Positions 18,076-27,147 of a stretch of 64,000 nt of DNA are shown here, piece after piece. The notes under the pieces are model-generated. The model searched no databases. It had not been told where the DNA came from and worked only from the letters and a program-made list of their open reading frames with translations. Origin of the DNA: Gammaproteobacteria bacterium (GTDB taxonomy: Bacteria; Pseudomonadota; Gammaproteobacteria; Steroidobacterales; Steroidobacteraceae); contig JBDTUL010000001.1 of the NCBI GenBank assembly GCA_040007735.1, positions 3,933-67,932 on the forward strand, written 5' to 3'. The stretch's first letter is position 1, and every line of letters begins with the position of its first letter. Both the position numbers and the translations under genes were made by a program.

Positions 18076-19812
18076 TCAGAACGTCGCGTGCAACCGGCGC
18101 AGCTTCAACCGGTAAATGAGCGGCGCGTCCTGCGCATAAATATCTTCGAAGAAGAGCACCGGTCCCGCCTCGGTCGCGAGCGCGGTTCCGTACAGAATAA
18201 ACACGCGAATGGGGCGACTGAGTGGGACGCGCACTGGCGTTGGACTCTGAAGCGCCAGCTCTCGCTTCTGCTCGTTCCAGTCCGGTTCGTCGCGCATCAC
18301 GTGGGCGAGGAGCGCCATCGGGTCCGAAACCCGGATACACCCATGGCTGAGCGCGCGGCGACTCCGGGAAAACAACTCCCGGGCGGGTGTATCGTGCAGA
18401 TAGACATTGTGCCGGTTCGGAAAAATGAATTTCACTCGCCCCAGCGCGTTGCCCGAACCCGGCTTCTGACGCAGGCGCAGGCTTCCTTGTGCAAGCAGCC
18501 GCACGTTCTCCGGCGTGGCTGGCAATGGCCGGGAACTGTCGCTATCGCCACGCACTATCTCGTAGCCGCTCTTTTCCATCCATGCCGCATTGGCATGTAT
18601 TTGCGGCAGGAGTTCCTTTACCAGAATGCTGCGCGGGACGTCCCAGTAAGGCTGGACCACGACGTAACGCATGTCCGCTGCGAACACGGGAGTCTGGCGA
18701 GCCTTGAAGGCCGCGCCAACGATGACATCCATTTGCAGAATGTCCTGCGCGCGATCCTGCGTCGTGCGAAACGCAAAGAGCCGGAATTGCGGAATGTTCA
18801 CGACGATCGGCGGCGAGTCCAGCCGTGGCGGCAGCCAGCGCGCTCGTTCGAGAGACAGTTCGATCTGTGCGATCCGTGTCGCGAACGGCGTGGTTAGCGC
18901 GAGAAACGTCGCTCGACCAAGCACCCCGTCGACGTCGAGACCATGCCGGGACTGAAAGTTCTTCAGGCCCACGACGAGCGAGGGGTCCAGACTGGGTTCC
19001 TCTTGGCCGGGCGGACTTCCCGTTACGCCGAGGTCGCCGAGCGCAATCAAAAGCCGACGCAAAGACCCTGCGCCATCGTACTTCTCGCCGGGCCGGATCG
19101 TGGGACGCGGCATCGCCGGCAGCGTTGTGAGGCCCCGACCGTTGGCATCGAGATTCCGGTACTTCGCCAGCGCCTTCTTGAGCAGCGCGTAGTGCTGCAG
19201 TTGGGGCTCCAATCCATCCAGGGTGGCGCCCACGTTGGACGAGACGGCCAGCGACTCAACGGCCTGTGCGACGTCGAACTGCGGACGCGCGATATCCAGA
19301 TCTTGCCCGACATCGACCGGTCGTACGCGTCCATCATGCAGGTCGGACGCGAGGCGTGCCGCGACGACACTCAACGCGATGTCGAGGCGCAGAGTACTTG
19401 TCGCCGTCCGCGGACCCGACCTCTGCAGCTCACGCGCTTGTTGCAGGAGACTCGTCGCATCGTAGTCCGCGACCAGCAAACCGCGTCCCTCGACCGCAGC
19501 GAACGCCTCGATCAGCTGGCCGGCCGCGCGGCTGAGCTCCCCAGCCTCAATCCACAGAGGGACATAACTTCGCCCCGCGTATACTTTTGAAAGCGGTTCG
19601 CGCCATCGCGGCAAGTCCCAAAGTCCTGTCTCCCCAGACACGTGCCCCGAGAACACCTCGCCCACGAAGGTCTCGGCGGGAGAAGCCACGACCTCAGACG
19701 CTAAGGCATGCGCGAAGGCTCCTTTGCACAGGATCGCGACAAGCAGTCCGTGCAGTAATCGGGAATTCATGAGTGCGAGCCGGGTATAGCGAGCTAGTCT
19801 TCGTAGCCCCAT
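18076..19812 (-). CDS. L,D-transpeptidase family protein (YcbB-like, with peptidoglycan-binding domain)
   Basis: 578 aa with a signal-like N-terminus, a PG-binding-like repeat (LKNFQSRHGLDVDGVLGRATF) and a YkuD catalytic motif (YLHDTP...SHGCIRV). Confidence 0.8.
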   Translation of the reverse strand: MGLRRLARYTRLALMNSRLLHGLLVAILCKGAFAHALASEVVASPAETFVGEVFSGHVSGETGLWDLPRWREPLSKVYAGRSYVPLWIEAGELSRAAGQLIEAFAAVEGRGLLVADYDATSLLQQARELQRSGPRTATSTLRLDIALSVVAARLASDLHDGRVRPVDVGQDLDIARPQFDVAQAVESLAVSSNVGATLDGLEPQLQHYALLKKALAKYRNLDANGRGLTTLPAMPRPTIRPGEKYDGAGSLRRLLIALGDLGVTGSPPGQEEPSLDPSLVVGLKNFQSRHGLDVDGVLGRATFLALTTPFATRIAQIELSLERARWLPPRLDSPPIVVNIPQFRLFAFRTTQDRAQDILQMDVIVGAAFKARQTPVFAADMRYVVVQPYWDVPRSILVKELLPQIHANAAWMEKSGYEIVRGDSDSSRPLPATPENVRLLAQGSLRLRQKPGSGNALGRVKFIFPNRHNVYLHDTPARELFSRSRRALSHGCIRVSDPMALLAHVMRDEPDWNEQKRELALQSPTPVRVPLSRPIRVFILYGTALATEAGPVLFFEDIYAQDAPLIYRLKLRRLHATF

Positions 19813-19885
19813 ACGGGCATGTGTCGAGCACCCGCGGCCAGCAGCATCGCGAGAGCGGCCCAGGAGCGGGCAATCTGCAGCAGCG

Positions 19886-20782
19886 TCATGCGGTTACTTC
19901 GTGCAACCACTCGACGACGGGTGTGACCTGAGAATCAGCCTTTACCAACACAAAATCGCATGCAAGCGCGTCGATGAGCCTGCTGGTAAGTGTGCCCATC
20001 AGCGGGCCGATCCCCTGCCGCCGCGTCAGCGCGCCGATGATCATGAGGTCGTAGTTCTGGCTGTCTGCGAATCCGGGCAGCACATCGTCGGCGGCGCCTG
20101 CGATTACATGCTGACTTTCCACTCCCACCTGGAACTTGCGGACCAGGCGCCCCAGCGTCTCCCAATGAGCCTCCACTGCCACTGAATCCTTGGCTTCCTG
20201 CTCGCAGTACAGAACATCGAGCTGCCCGTGACAGCCCAGCGTCAGGAAGCCGGCAGCCTCCATTACCGATCTTGCCAGCCCCGAGCCGGCTGCGTCGGCG
20301 ACATCCACCGCCGCGGCAAAGCGCCCCCGCGCGCTCCAGGGACGCCCGCGGGTCAACATCAGCGGGACGGGGCAGGCCTTTGCCAATTGCCAATCGTTGG
20401 CGTCGAGCGAAAATCGCTGCATCGGATGGTGGCCGGCAGCGCTCTTGACGACGAGATCCGGACACATCTCGTGAACCCTGTGAACGACAGACGCGCACAG
20501 GGGACCTTCGCTTGCCACGTGCGTTGTGATCGGCACGTCTTCGGCAAGCGAGCGCCCGACAGCGTCCACATAGCGCTGCAAGCGTGAGAGGCGGCCGCTC
20601 TGAGCCTCCTCGGGGCTCATTTTATCGTGAGCATGCCGCAGCGAGTGCCCATCCTCCGGATCGCATAAGAAAAGCTCCAGACGCGCTCGAAAATGACGGG
20701 CGAGCACCATGGCCTTCGCCACGACGTGCCGGCTTCCGTCAGCCGGGTCTATTACGACAAGAATGGAAGTCAGTTTGTCCAC
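19886..20782 (-). CDS. tandem universal stress protein (UspE-like), family 1
   Basis: 298 aa, MDKLTSILVVIDPADGS..., two USP domains (second ...LMIIGALTRRQGIGPLMGTLTSRLIDALACDFVLVK). About 60% identical by eye to 41467..42363. Confidence 0.85.
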   Translation of the reverse strand: MDKLTSILVVIDPADGSRHVVAKAMVLARHFRARLELFLCDPEDGHSLRHAHDKMSPEEAQSGRLSRLQRYVDAVGRSLAEDVPITTHVASEGPLCASVVHRVHEMCPDLVVKSAAGHHPMQRFSLDANDWQLAKACPVPLMLTRGRPWSARGRFAAAVDVADAAGSGLARSVMEAAGFLTLGCHGQLDVLYCEQEAKDSVAVEAHWETLGRLVRKFQVGVESQHVIAGAADDVLPGFADSQNYDLMIIGALTRRQGIGPLMGTLTSRLIDALACDFVLVKADSQVTPVVEWLHEVTA

Positions 20783-20828
20783 GCGCCGAGCCTGCCTGCG
20801 CGAAGCGTCACCTGGTATGCGCGCGCTT

Positions 20829-20855
20829 GCGTAGCGACCTGTGGAAACTCCCTAG
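20829..20855 (-). promoter_or_regulatory. island box, long form (gene-sense CTAGGGAGTTTCCACAGGTCGCTACGC)
   Basis: 47-73 nt upstream of the USP start at 20782, in the divergent fixL/USP intergenic region. 25 of 26 nt identical to the box at 42430..42456. Confidence 0.6.
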
Positions 20856-20888
20856 TTCGAGACGAGTGACCTGGGACATACTTCCACC

Positions 20889-22046
20889 ATGTCCGAACCC
20901 ACACTCCAGGCACTTCTGGAAGCTGCCGTCGATGCGGTCGTCCTCATCGATCATCGGGGTTCGATCACGGCTTTCAATCGTTCTGCCGAACGCCTGTTCG
21001 GCTACGGGTCCGAGGAACTGCTCGGCAGGAACGTGAGCATCCTGATGCCTGCGCCGCACCGGGCCGAGCACGATAGTTATCTCGAGCGCTATGCCCGAAC
21101 GGGCATCCCGCACATCATTGGCGTCGGCCGCGAGGTGGAAGGCCTGCGCAAGGACGGATCGTGCTTTCCCGCATTTCTTTCCGTCGGTCGCGTCGCGGGT
21201 GCCGAGCCGCCGCGATTTGTCGGGTTCGTGAGAGACATCACGACCGAGCGCCAGACACTCGCCAGCATCCAGGCCGAACGCGATCGGGCGGAAGCCCGGC
21301 AGAAGGAAGCGCAGCACGCGCGGGGACTGCAGGAGCGCATGACCCACGTGAGTCGCATGGCGACCATGGGCGAGATGGCCGCCGGCATTGCTCATGAGCT
21401 CAATCAGCCGCTGAGCGCTATAGCAACATACGCGCGAGCCTGCGAGCGTTTCCTCAAGATGGAGCAGCCCGACTTTCCGGAAACTCTCTCCGCGCTGAGC
21501 GAGATCAGCCTCGAAGCGATGCGCGCCGGCGAGATAATCCGGCGGCTGAGGCAACTCGTGAGCGCACGACCGAGCGATCACGTAACAACAGACCTCAATG
21601 CACTCGTTCGAGACCTCGAAGTGCTCATACAGGCTGATGCCAGAGTCCACAAGACTCAGATCGAGTTCGATCTCGCCGCCACACTACCGCCCGTACGCGG
21701 CGACCACACGCAGCTGCAACAACTGGCGCTGAGCCTCGTGCGCAACTCAATCGAATCGCTCACCGAATCTGAAACAAGTGGCCGGCTAGTGATCATCCGC
21801 ACGTCCCGCGTGCCGGACGGCCGGTTGGAGGTGAGCGTTTGCGACAACGGTCCAGGCGTCGCGCCGGACATGGTGGATCGGCTGTTCATCCCATTTGTCA
21901 CGACGAAGGTCAACGGCACAGGACTCGGTCTCTCAATTAGTCAGACCATCGCCCAGGCTCATGGCGGCACAATCGGATATCGACCGCACACGCCCGTCGG
22001 CGCGTGCTTCTGCGTGCGCCTGCCCCCTTTAGAGGAAGCAGAATGA
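20889..22046 (+). CDS. fixL: oxygen-sensing heme-PAS histidine kinase FixL (soluble form)
   Basis: PAS domain with the FixL heme-pocket signature (PAPHRAEHDSYLERYARTG...GREVEGLRKDGSCFPAFLSVG). H-box MGEMAAGIAHELNQPLSAI. HATPase boxes (NSIES, DNGPGV, GTGLGLSIS). No TM segment. Confidence 0.85.
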   Translation: MSEPTLQALLEAAVDAVVLIDHRGSITAFNRSAERLFGYGSEELLGRNVSILMPAPHRAEHDSYLERYARTGIPHIIGVGREVEGLRKDGSCFPAFLSVGRVAGAEPPRFVGFVRDITTERQTLASIQAERDRAEARQKEAQHARGLQERMTHVSRMATMGEMAAGIAHELNQPLSAIATYARACERFLKMEQPDFPETLSALSEISLEAMRAGEIIRRLRQLVSARPSDHVTTDLNALVRDLEVLIQADARVHKTQIEFDLAATLPPVRGDHTQLQQLALSLVRNSIESLTESETSGRLVIIRTSRVPDGRLEVSVCDNGPGVAPDMVDRLFIPFVTTKVNGTGLGLSISQTIAQAHGGTIGYRPHTPVGACFCVRLPPLEEAE

Positions 22047-22669
22047 AAGAGACCGCCCCCACCGTGTATATCGTCGATGATGATAACGGTGTCCGATCTT
22101 CCATCCGGGTGCTGATGAAGTCGGTTGGGCTACCTGCGATGGCGTTGGCGTCGGCAAAGGAATTCCTCGCAAGCTATCACCCCAACCAGCCGGGCTGCCT
22201 CGTGCTGGACATACGAATGCCAGGTATGAGCGGGCTGGAGCTGCAGGAAGCACTCAACGAACGGGGTGCCGTGATCCCGGTTATCTTCATCACGGGCCAC
22301 GGCGATATCCCGATGGCCGTTGAAGCGATGCGCCATGGTGCGTTCGACTTCCTGCAGAAGCCGTTCCGTGACCAGGACCTGCTCGATCGCATACAGAAGG
22401 CACTCGCTCGTGACGTGGAGACCCGCGAATCTCTGCGCGAACACGGGCGCACACGTGTTCGCATCGCCTCACTCACACCGCGCGAGCGGGAAGTCCTGGA
22501 CCTTCTCACGTCCGGGAAAGCCAACAAGATGATGGCCCAGGACTTGGGACTGAGTCAGCGAACAGTGGAGATTCACCGCGCGCACGTAATGGAAAAGATG
22601 GGCGCCAAGTCCGTCGCTCAGCTGGTGCGCATGGTCATGGATCTGGAGTTCCGCGGCTCGCAGACCTAG
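22043..22669 (+). CDS. fixJ: response regulator FixJ (receiver + LuxR-type HTH)
   Basis: ATG 22043 overlaps the fixL stop (ATGA). Receiver domain (VYIVDDD, LVLDIRMPGMSG, LQKPF) plus HTH (LTPREREVLDLLTSGKANKMMAQDLGLSQRTVEIHR). Confidence 0.85.
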   Translation: MKETAPTVYIVDDDNGVRSSIRVLMKSVGLPAMALASAKEFLASYHPNQPGCLVLDIRMPGMSGLELQEALNERGAVIPVIFITGHGDIPMAVEAMRHGAFDFLQKPFRDQDLLDRIQKALARDVETRESLREHGRTRVRIASLTPREREVLDLLTSGKANKMMAQDLGLSQRTVEIHRAHVMEKMGAKSVAQLVRMVMDLEFRGSQT

Positions 22670-22715
22670 CGCGCGGCTCCGTGCGTCGCTGAGGGTATAC
22701 TTGCGCACGCGGCGA

Positions 22716-23107
22716 TCAATTCGTGACGAGGACGGGACTTATGAATCCCGCCGGCTTTCCGACCAGCAGATCGCAGTCCGTTTGTTCGAGCACCTGTGAG
22801 GCGGTGCTGGCGGAGCCCGAAAACCGTTGTCTCGCGGCCACGCCCATTACGAGCACGGCCGGTTTCACTTCCTGCACCAGATCGTTGTTCCGCCCGCCCA
22901 GCTTTCCGGAACGTCCTGACCGACATCGCAAACGAAGAGCTCCAGGGCGCTGCCGTAACTTGCGGCCAGCCGCGCAGCCTTTTGAACGCAGGAATGTGCC
23001 GTCACGGTCGGATCGACGACCACGAGGATTTTCTGGATGGCGTCGTGCCCAAACGCACGCTCTACGTACCGTATCGATCGGGGGTGAAGCTCTGTCGGGT
23101 CGCTCAT
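22716..23107 (-). pseudogene. single-domain USP, frameshifted and internally shortened
   Basis: The N-terminal half lies in one frame (MSDPTELHP...IQKILVVVDPTVTAHSCVQKAARLAASYGSALELFVCDV, stop at 22865). The C-terminal half lies in another frame (DLVQEVKPAVLVMGVAARQRFSGSASTASQVLEQTDCDLLVGKP, stop at 22716). The switch is near 22880-22900. Confidence 0.5.
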
Positions 23108-23243
23108 TTTCGGCTCCTTCAACACTGCGTCCTAGTATCGACACTATGGAAAACTCTCCCATACGCAGTATTGCGGTATTGGCTACGGAGCTGACGAATG
23201 CGCCGGCAAAGCAAGCGGCACCGCGATGCCCGGGGCTCGCCGC

Positions 23244-23783
23244 CTACGCGGTCGGGTTTGAATCGACGCGCGGCAGAGGACGGCTGCGATTTATCGCCGC
23301 GACGAACACGGCTAGTTTTGTGTCGTATAAGGCCGCGTCTGCCAGATCGCGTGCATCGAATCCCACTGCCGCCAGAGCTATACGCCCGGATACGCGTTGC
23401 AGCTGGGGCACGAGTTTCATAACCTCAGTGCTACCGGAAGTGGTGAAGTACGCCACGTCCCCAAGTCGGGAACGGCAGCGGTTCAGAAAAGCGCGTACGC
23501 CCGGCGTCATGCGCCCGAACCACACCGGCGTGCCTATGATCGTCAGAGCGTAGTCCTGCGGATCGGTCGAAAGCGAGCCAATGCTCGCGGCCTTACCTCT
23601 CATCGCGTCGAAGGCACACTTGAGGTATCCCACAAAGCCAGTGCCGTGACCTTCGTCGCGGATGCTTTCGACATCCGCACCCATCAAGCGGGCGATGTCG
23701 CGTGCCACCCTGGCCGTGTTTCCGCTCATTGAGTAATAGACCACCAGCACTTTTCCTGCGTTGGCACCTGCGCCGCTTACCAT
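23244..23783 (-). CDS. flavodoxin-family protein
   Basis: KVLVVYYSMSGNTARVARDIA is a flavodoxin FMN-loop pattern. ATG 23783 has a GGAGA Shine-Dalgarno 6 nt upstream. The ORF-track start at 23801 is a TTG. Confidence 0.7.
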   Translation of the reverse strand: MVSGAGANAGKVLVVYYSMSGNTARVARDIARLMGADVESIRDEGHGTGFVGYLKCAFDAMRGKAASIGSLSTDPQDYALTIIGTPVWFGRMTPGVRAFLNRCRSRLGDVAYFTTSGSTEVMKLVPQLQRVSGRIALAAVGFDARDLADAALYDTKLAVFVAAINRSRPLPRVDSNPTA

Positions 23784-23863
23784 GAAGACTCTCCAAATCA
23801 AGTCCTTATCAGGGTATTCAGTCTAAGAGAGCCGGCCCACTCCGATCGTCAGTAGTACCGCCG

Positions 23864-23891
23864 AGCGCCGTTGGGGAAACTGCGTAGCGAC
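23864..23891 (-). promoter_or_regulatory. rearranged island box upstream of flavodoxin gene (gene-sense GAATCCTTCGTCGCTACGCAGTTTCCCC)
   Basis: Contains the same two cores (TCGCTACG and AGTTTCC) as the long boxes, but in swapped order. 81-108 nt upstream of ATG 23783. Confidence 0.35.
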
Positions 23892-23973
23892 GAAGGATTC
23901 AGATTTCACTTGCCGGCACGGCGGTACCACTCGAGCTGCCTTGTGCAGGCACCAGCCGGGATAATCTGGAAGC

Positions 23974-26655
23974 TCACCCTTCCTGAGGGTGTATGTCGAG
24001 CCTGATGCGCACGACGCCTTCCTGCGCCATCTCCAAACGAAAGCCCTGTGTTTTCGCAAGTTGCAACATACGCGTGTTCGAGGCGAGTACATCCCCGATC
24101 ACCTGTCGAACTCCAAGTTGCCGGCAATAACGAACGATCTTCTCCATGAGCACGGCGCCAAGGCCATGGCCCTTCAGGTCTGAACGCACCAGCACGGCAA
24201 ACTCGGCACTCTCACTGTCTGGATCGGTCTGCGCGCGCACCACTCCAAGGGTCTCAGAGCGGCCGTCCGGTCCCGGCGCCGTGGCAATGAAGGCCATCGA
24301 GCGCTCGTAATCCAACTGAGTAAGATACGCGAGCTCGCCCGGTGGAAGCTTCTTCACCGCATGAAAGAAGCGCGCTTGCATGTCGTCTTCGGAAATGCGC
24401 GAAATGAATTCCTGATGCTGAGGCGCATCTTCGGGCCTCAAGGGACGCAGCAGTATCGTGCGATGGCCGAGAGTGAGTTGCTCTTCCAGCTCTTTGGGAT
24501 AGGGCCTGATGGCGAGCCGGTCGGCTGCCCTGCCTGTGGCTCGCGCGACCCGGATGCGTGCGTCCAGCGCCATGACGCCAGCGTCGTCGGCCAGCAGCGG
24601 GTTGATATCGAGTTCGACGATCTCAGCGATATCCACGGCAAGCCGGGAAACCTGCACGAGCGCTCGCTCCAGCGCTTGCATGTCGGCAGCCGGGTAATTG
24701 CGGAACCCCGCAAGCAACCGGCGCACACGCGTGCGGGAAATGAGCTCCGCCGCCAGCACCGTGTTGAGCGGCGGGAATCCGACTGCCTTGTCTGGAGCGA
24801 CTTCGACCTGCACGCCACCCTTGCCGAACAATATGATAGGGCCGAATGTTGCATCGACCGCGATTCCGACGATTAATTCGTGTGCGTGAGGCTTTCGTAC
24901 CATCGATTGTACGGTGAAGCCTTCGAGGCGCGCCTGCGGCCGCTGCACCCGGCATCGCTCCAACATCAGGTTTGCAGCCCGCGCCAATGCGTCGGCGTCG
25001 GCGATGTCGAGCACCACACCATCAACATCCGATTTGTGAGTGATATCCGGCGATAGAATCTTGAGTGCGACCGGATACCCCAGCGCCGCGGCTTCGACAA
25101 GCGCATCGTCCACATGTGATGCAATGCGCGTGGGGACGACGGGAATGAGATATGCGGCGAGAACCCGCTTCGCTTCGAGTTCGTTCAGAATGAATCGCCC
25201 CTCATCGAGCGCCGCGGAAATGATTGCTCTGACTTCCTCAGGGCGGGGCGCAAACGATTCCGGAACTGACGAGGGAACCTCCATCAGTTGCCGCTGATTG
25301 CGGTTGTAGCGGACCGCGTGGATGAACGCGCCGATAGCCTCTTCCGGCGTCGAGTATGTGGGAACGCCTGCGTCAGTGCAGAGCTTCCTCGCCTCGCGCA
25401 CGGCTTCGCCCCCCATCCAGCACGTAAGGACCGGGCGGCCGCTCGCAGCGATTTTTTCTGCGGAAAATCTCGCGATCGTCGTTGCCGGCACAATGGCGGT
25501 TGGCGCGTGTATCAAGAGCGCGGCATCCACGGCGGGATCGGCGAGCACGCATTGGAGCGCTTCGACATATCTCGTCGCCGGCGCATCCCCGATAATATCC
25601 ACGGGGTTTGCATGCGACCAATTCGGTGGCAATACCGCGTCGAGCCTCGCAATCGTCTGTGCCGATAGCGTTGCAAGCTCACCCTGCTCGGCGATGAGCT
25701 CATCGGTTGCCATGACCGCCGGCCCTCCTCCATTGCTCACGATCGCAAGGCGCTCACCGTGCAGCGGCTTCAGTCGGACGAGCGTCTCGGCCGCATCGAA
25801 GAGCTCTCGCGTGGTATCGACTCGCAACATGCCTGAGCGCCTGAACGCGGCGTCGTAGACATCATCCGCACCCGCCAGAGCGCCGGTGTGTGATGCGGCT
25901 GCCTTTGCGCCTTCTGCATACCGACCTGCCTTGACGACTATGACGGGCTTGTTCCGCGCCGTGGCGCGTGCGGCCGACATGAACTTTCGCGCGGCGCTGA
26001 TCGATTCGACGTAAAGCAGGATCGCCCGCGTATGCGAATCGCGAGCCAGGTAATCGAGCAGATCTCCAAAATCCACGTCCGCACAGTTACCGAGCGAGAT
26101 GAGGCACGAGAAGCCAATCTTCGCCGTACGCGCCCAGTCGAGCATCGCGGTCGCCAGCGCGCCGGATTGCGCAATGAAAGCAAGATTTCCCGACAGCGCC
26201 TGCGCGTGAGCGAAGCTTGCATTCAACCCAATGCGCGGCTGGAGAATCCCCAGGCAGTTTGGGCCGAGAATGCGCAACGTATGCGGCCGGGCTGCCTGAA
26301 GCATGGCTTGCGATAACGTGCCGCCGTCCGGGCCCGGAGCATCGAGACCCGCAGTAATCACGACGGCTGCGCGCGTGCCCAGCTCACCAAGCTCACCAAT
26401 CAGGCTCGGGACGGTAGATGCCGGCGTGCAAATGACTGCGAGATCCGGCACGCCGGGTAGATCACGGATGCTCTTGAATGCGAGGCGGTTCGCCACCTTC
26501 TGATGCCGCAGATTCACGGGCCATATCGGGCCGGCGAATCCACCTTCGAGAAGGTTGCGCATCACGGTGGCTCCCACGCTGCCGGGTCTGTCCGACGCGC
26601 CGATGAGCGCAACAGAGTGAGGCTCGAGCAGAAAATCGAGATTGCGACTGCTCAT
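23974..26655 (-). CDS. Pat/YfiQ-like protein acetyltransferase (NDP-forming acyl-CoA synthetase domains + C-terminal GNAT)
   Basis: 893 aa. CoA-binding N-terminus (SVALIGASDRPGSVG), succinyl-CoA-synthetase-like and ATP-grasp regions. C-terminal GNAT (ETLGVVRAQ...VLVRSDLKGHGLGAVLMEKIVRYCRQLG). Confidence 0.85.
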   Translation of the reverse strand: MSSRNLDFLLEPHSVALIGASDRPGSVGATVMRNLLEGGFAGPIWPVNLRHQKVANRLAFKSIRDLPGVPDLAVICTPASTVPSLIGELGELGTRAAVVITAGLDAPGPDGGTLSQAMLQAARPHTLRILGPNCLGILQPRIGLNASFAHAQALSGNLAFIAQSGALATAMLDWARTAKIGFSCLISLGNCADVDFGDLLDYLARDSHTRAILLYVESISAARKFMSAARATARNKPVIVVKAGRYAEGAKAAASHTGALAGADDVYDAAFRRSGMLRVDTTRELFDAAETLVRLKPLHGERLAIVSNGGGPAVMATDELIAEQGELATLSAQTIARLDAVLPPNWSHANPVDIIGDAPATRYVEALQCVLADPAVDAALLIHAPTAIVPATTIARFSAEKIAASGRPVLTCWMGGEAVREARKLCTDAGVPTYSTPEEAIGAFIHAVRYNRNQRQLMEVPSSVPESFAPRPEEVRAIISAALDEGRFILNELEAKRVLAAYLIPVVPTRIASHVDDALVEAAALGYPVALKILSPDITHKSDVDGVVLDIADADALARAANLMLERCRVQRPQARLEGFTVQSMVRKPHAHELIVGIAVDATFGPIILFGKGGVQVEVAPDKAVGFPPLNTVLAAELISRTRVRRLLAGFRNYPAADMQALERALVQVSRLAVDIAEIVELDINPLLADDAGVMALDARIRVARATGRAADRLAIRPYPKELEEQLTLGHRTILLRPLRPEDAPQHQEFISRISEDDMQARFFHAVKKLPPGELAYLTQLDYERSMAFIATAPGPDGRSETLGVVRAQTDPDSESAEFAVLVRSDLKGHGLGAVLMEKIVRYCRQLGVRQVIGDVLASNTRMLQLAKTQGFRLEMAQEGVVRIRLDIHPQEG

Positions 26656-26875
26656 GGGACGATGCTAGTCGCTTCCAGCGCCTCAGATCGGACAGTTGCG
26701 CGAAGCGGCGTTCGATGAGAGGCTACTTGACGGGATCCGCACTCCCAGCTGGTTTTCATGCTGTCCTCCGAACTCGTCCGCCGGGTCCTCGACTCGGCTC
26801 CCGACACAGTGTATTCATGCTGTTGCCATCTTCGCAGCGCGCACACTTACGTCGCTAAGTGCAACGTACTACCCG

Positions 26876-26895
26876 CTAAGGATTCGTTCGTATGT
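26876..26895 (+). promoter_or_regulatory. island box, short form CTAAGGATTCGTTCGTATGT
   Basis: 73 nt upstream of ATG 26968. A second CTAAGT...ACTAC-like copy lies just upstream (26854..26872). 17 of 20 positions are invariant across the three short-form copies. Confidence 0.55.
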
Positions 26896-26967
26896 CCCTG
26901 CGGGGCTCGCGGTGGAAACATGGCGCACTTGAGGCGGCCCTGCTTTCCTGCTTCAGCCGGAGATCAC

Positions 26968-27147
26968 CATGGGCACCATCCGCACGGTTCTCGTCGCAGT
27001 GAAAGACTCCACGGCGATCTCATTGCCGGCCGTCACGAAAAGCGCGCGCCTGGCGCGTGGATGCGTTTCGCAGGACTTCCGAGTGCGGGCCTCGCAGCCT
27101 GACAGAGGAAACCATTTCATGGCCACGACCATCCGGAGTCTCTCATG
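26968..27147 (+). pseudogene. N-terminal fragment of a family-2 tandem USP
   Basis: 59-codon ORF, below the track cutoff. MGTIRTVLVAVKDSTAISLPAVTKSARLARG... matches the N-termini of the four 327-329 aa USPs for about 30 residues and then diverges. Its stop overlaps the start of the intact USP at 27145. Confidence 0.5.
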
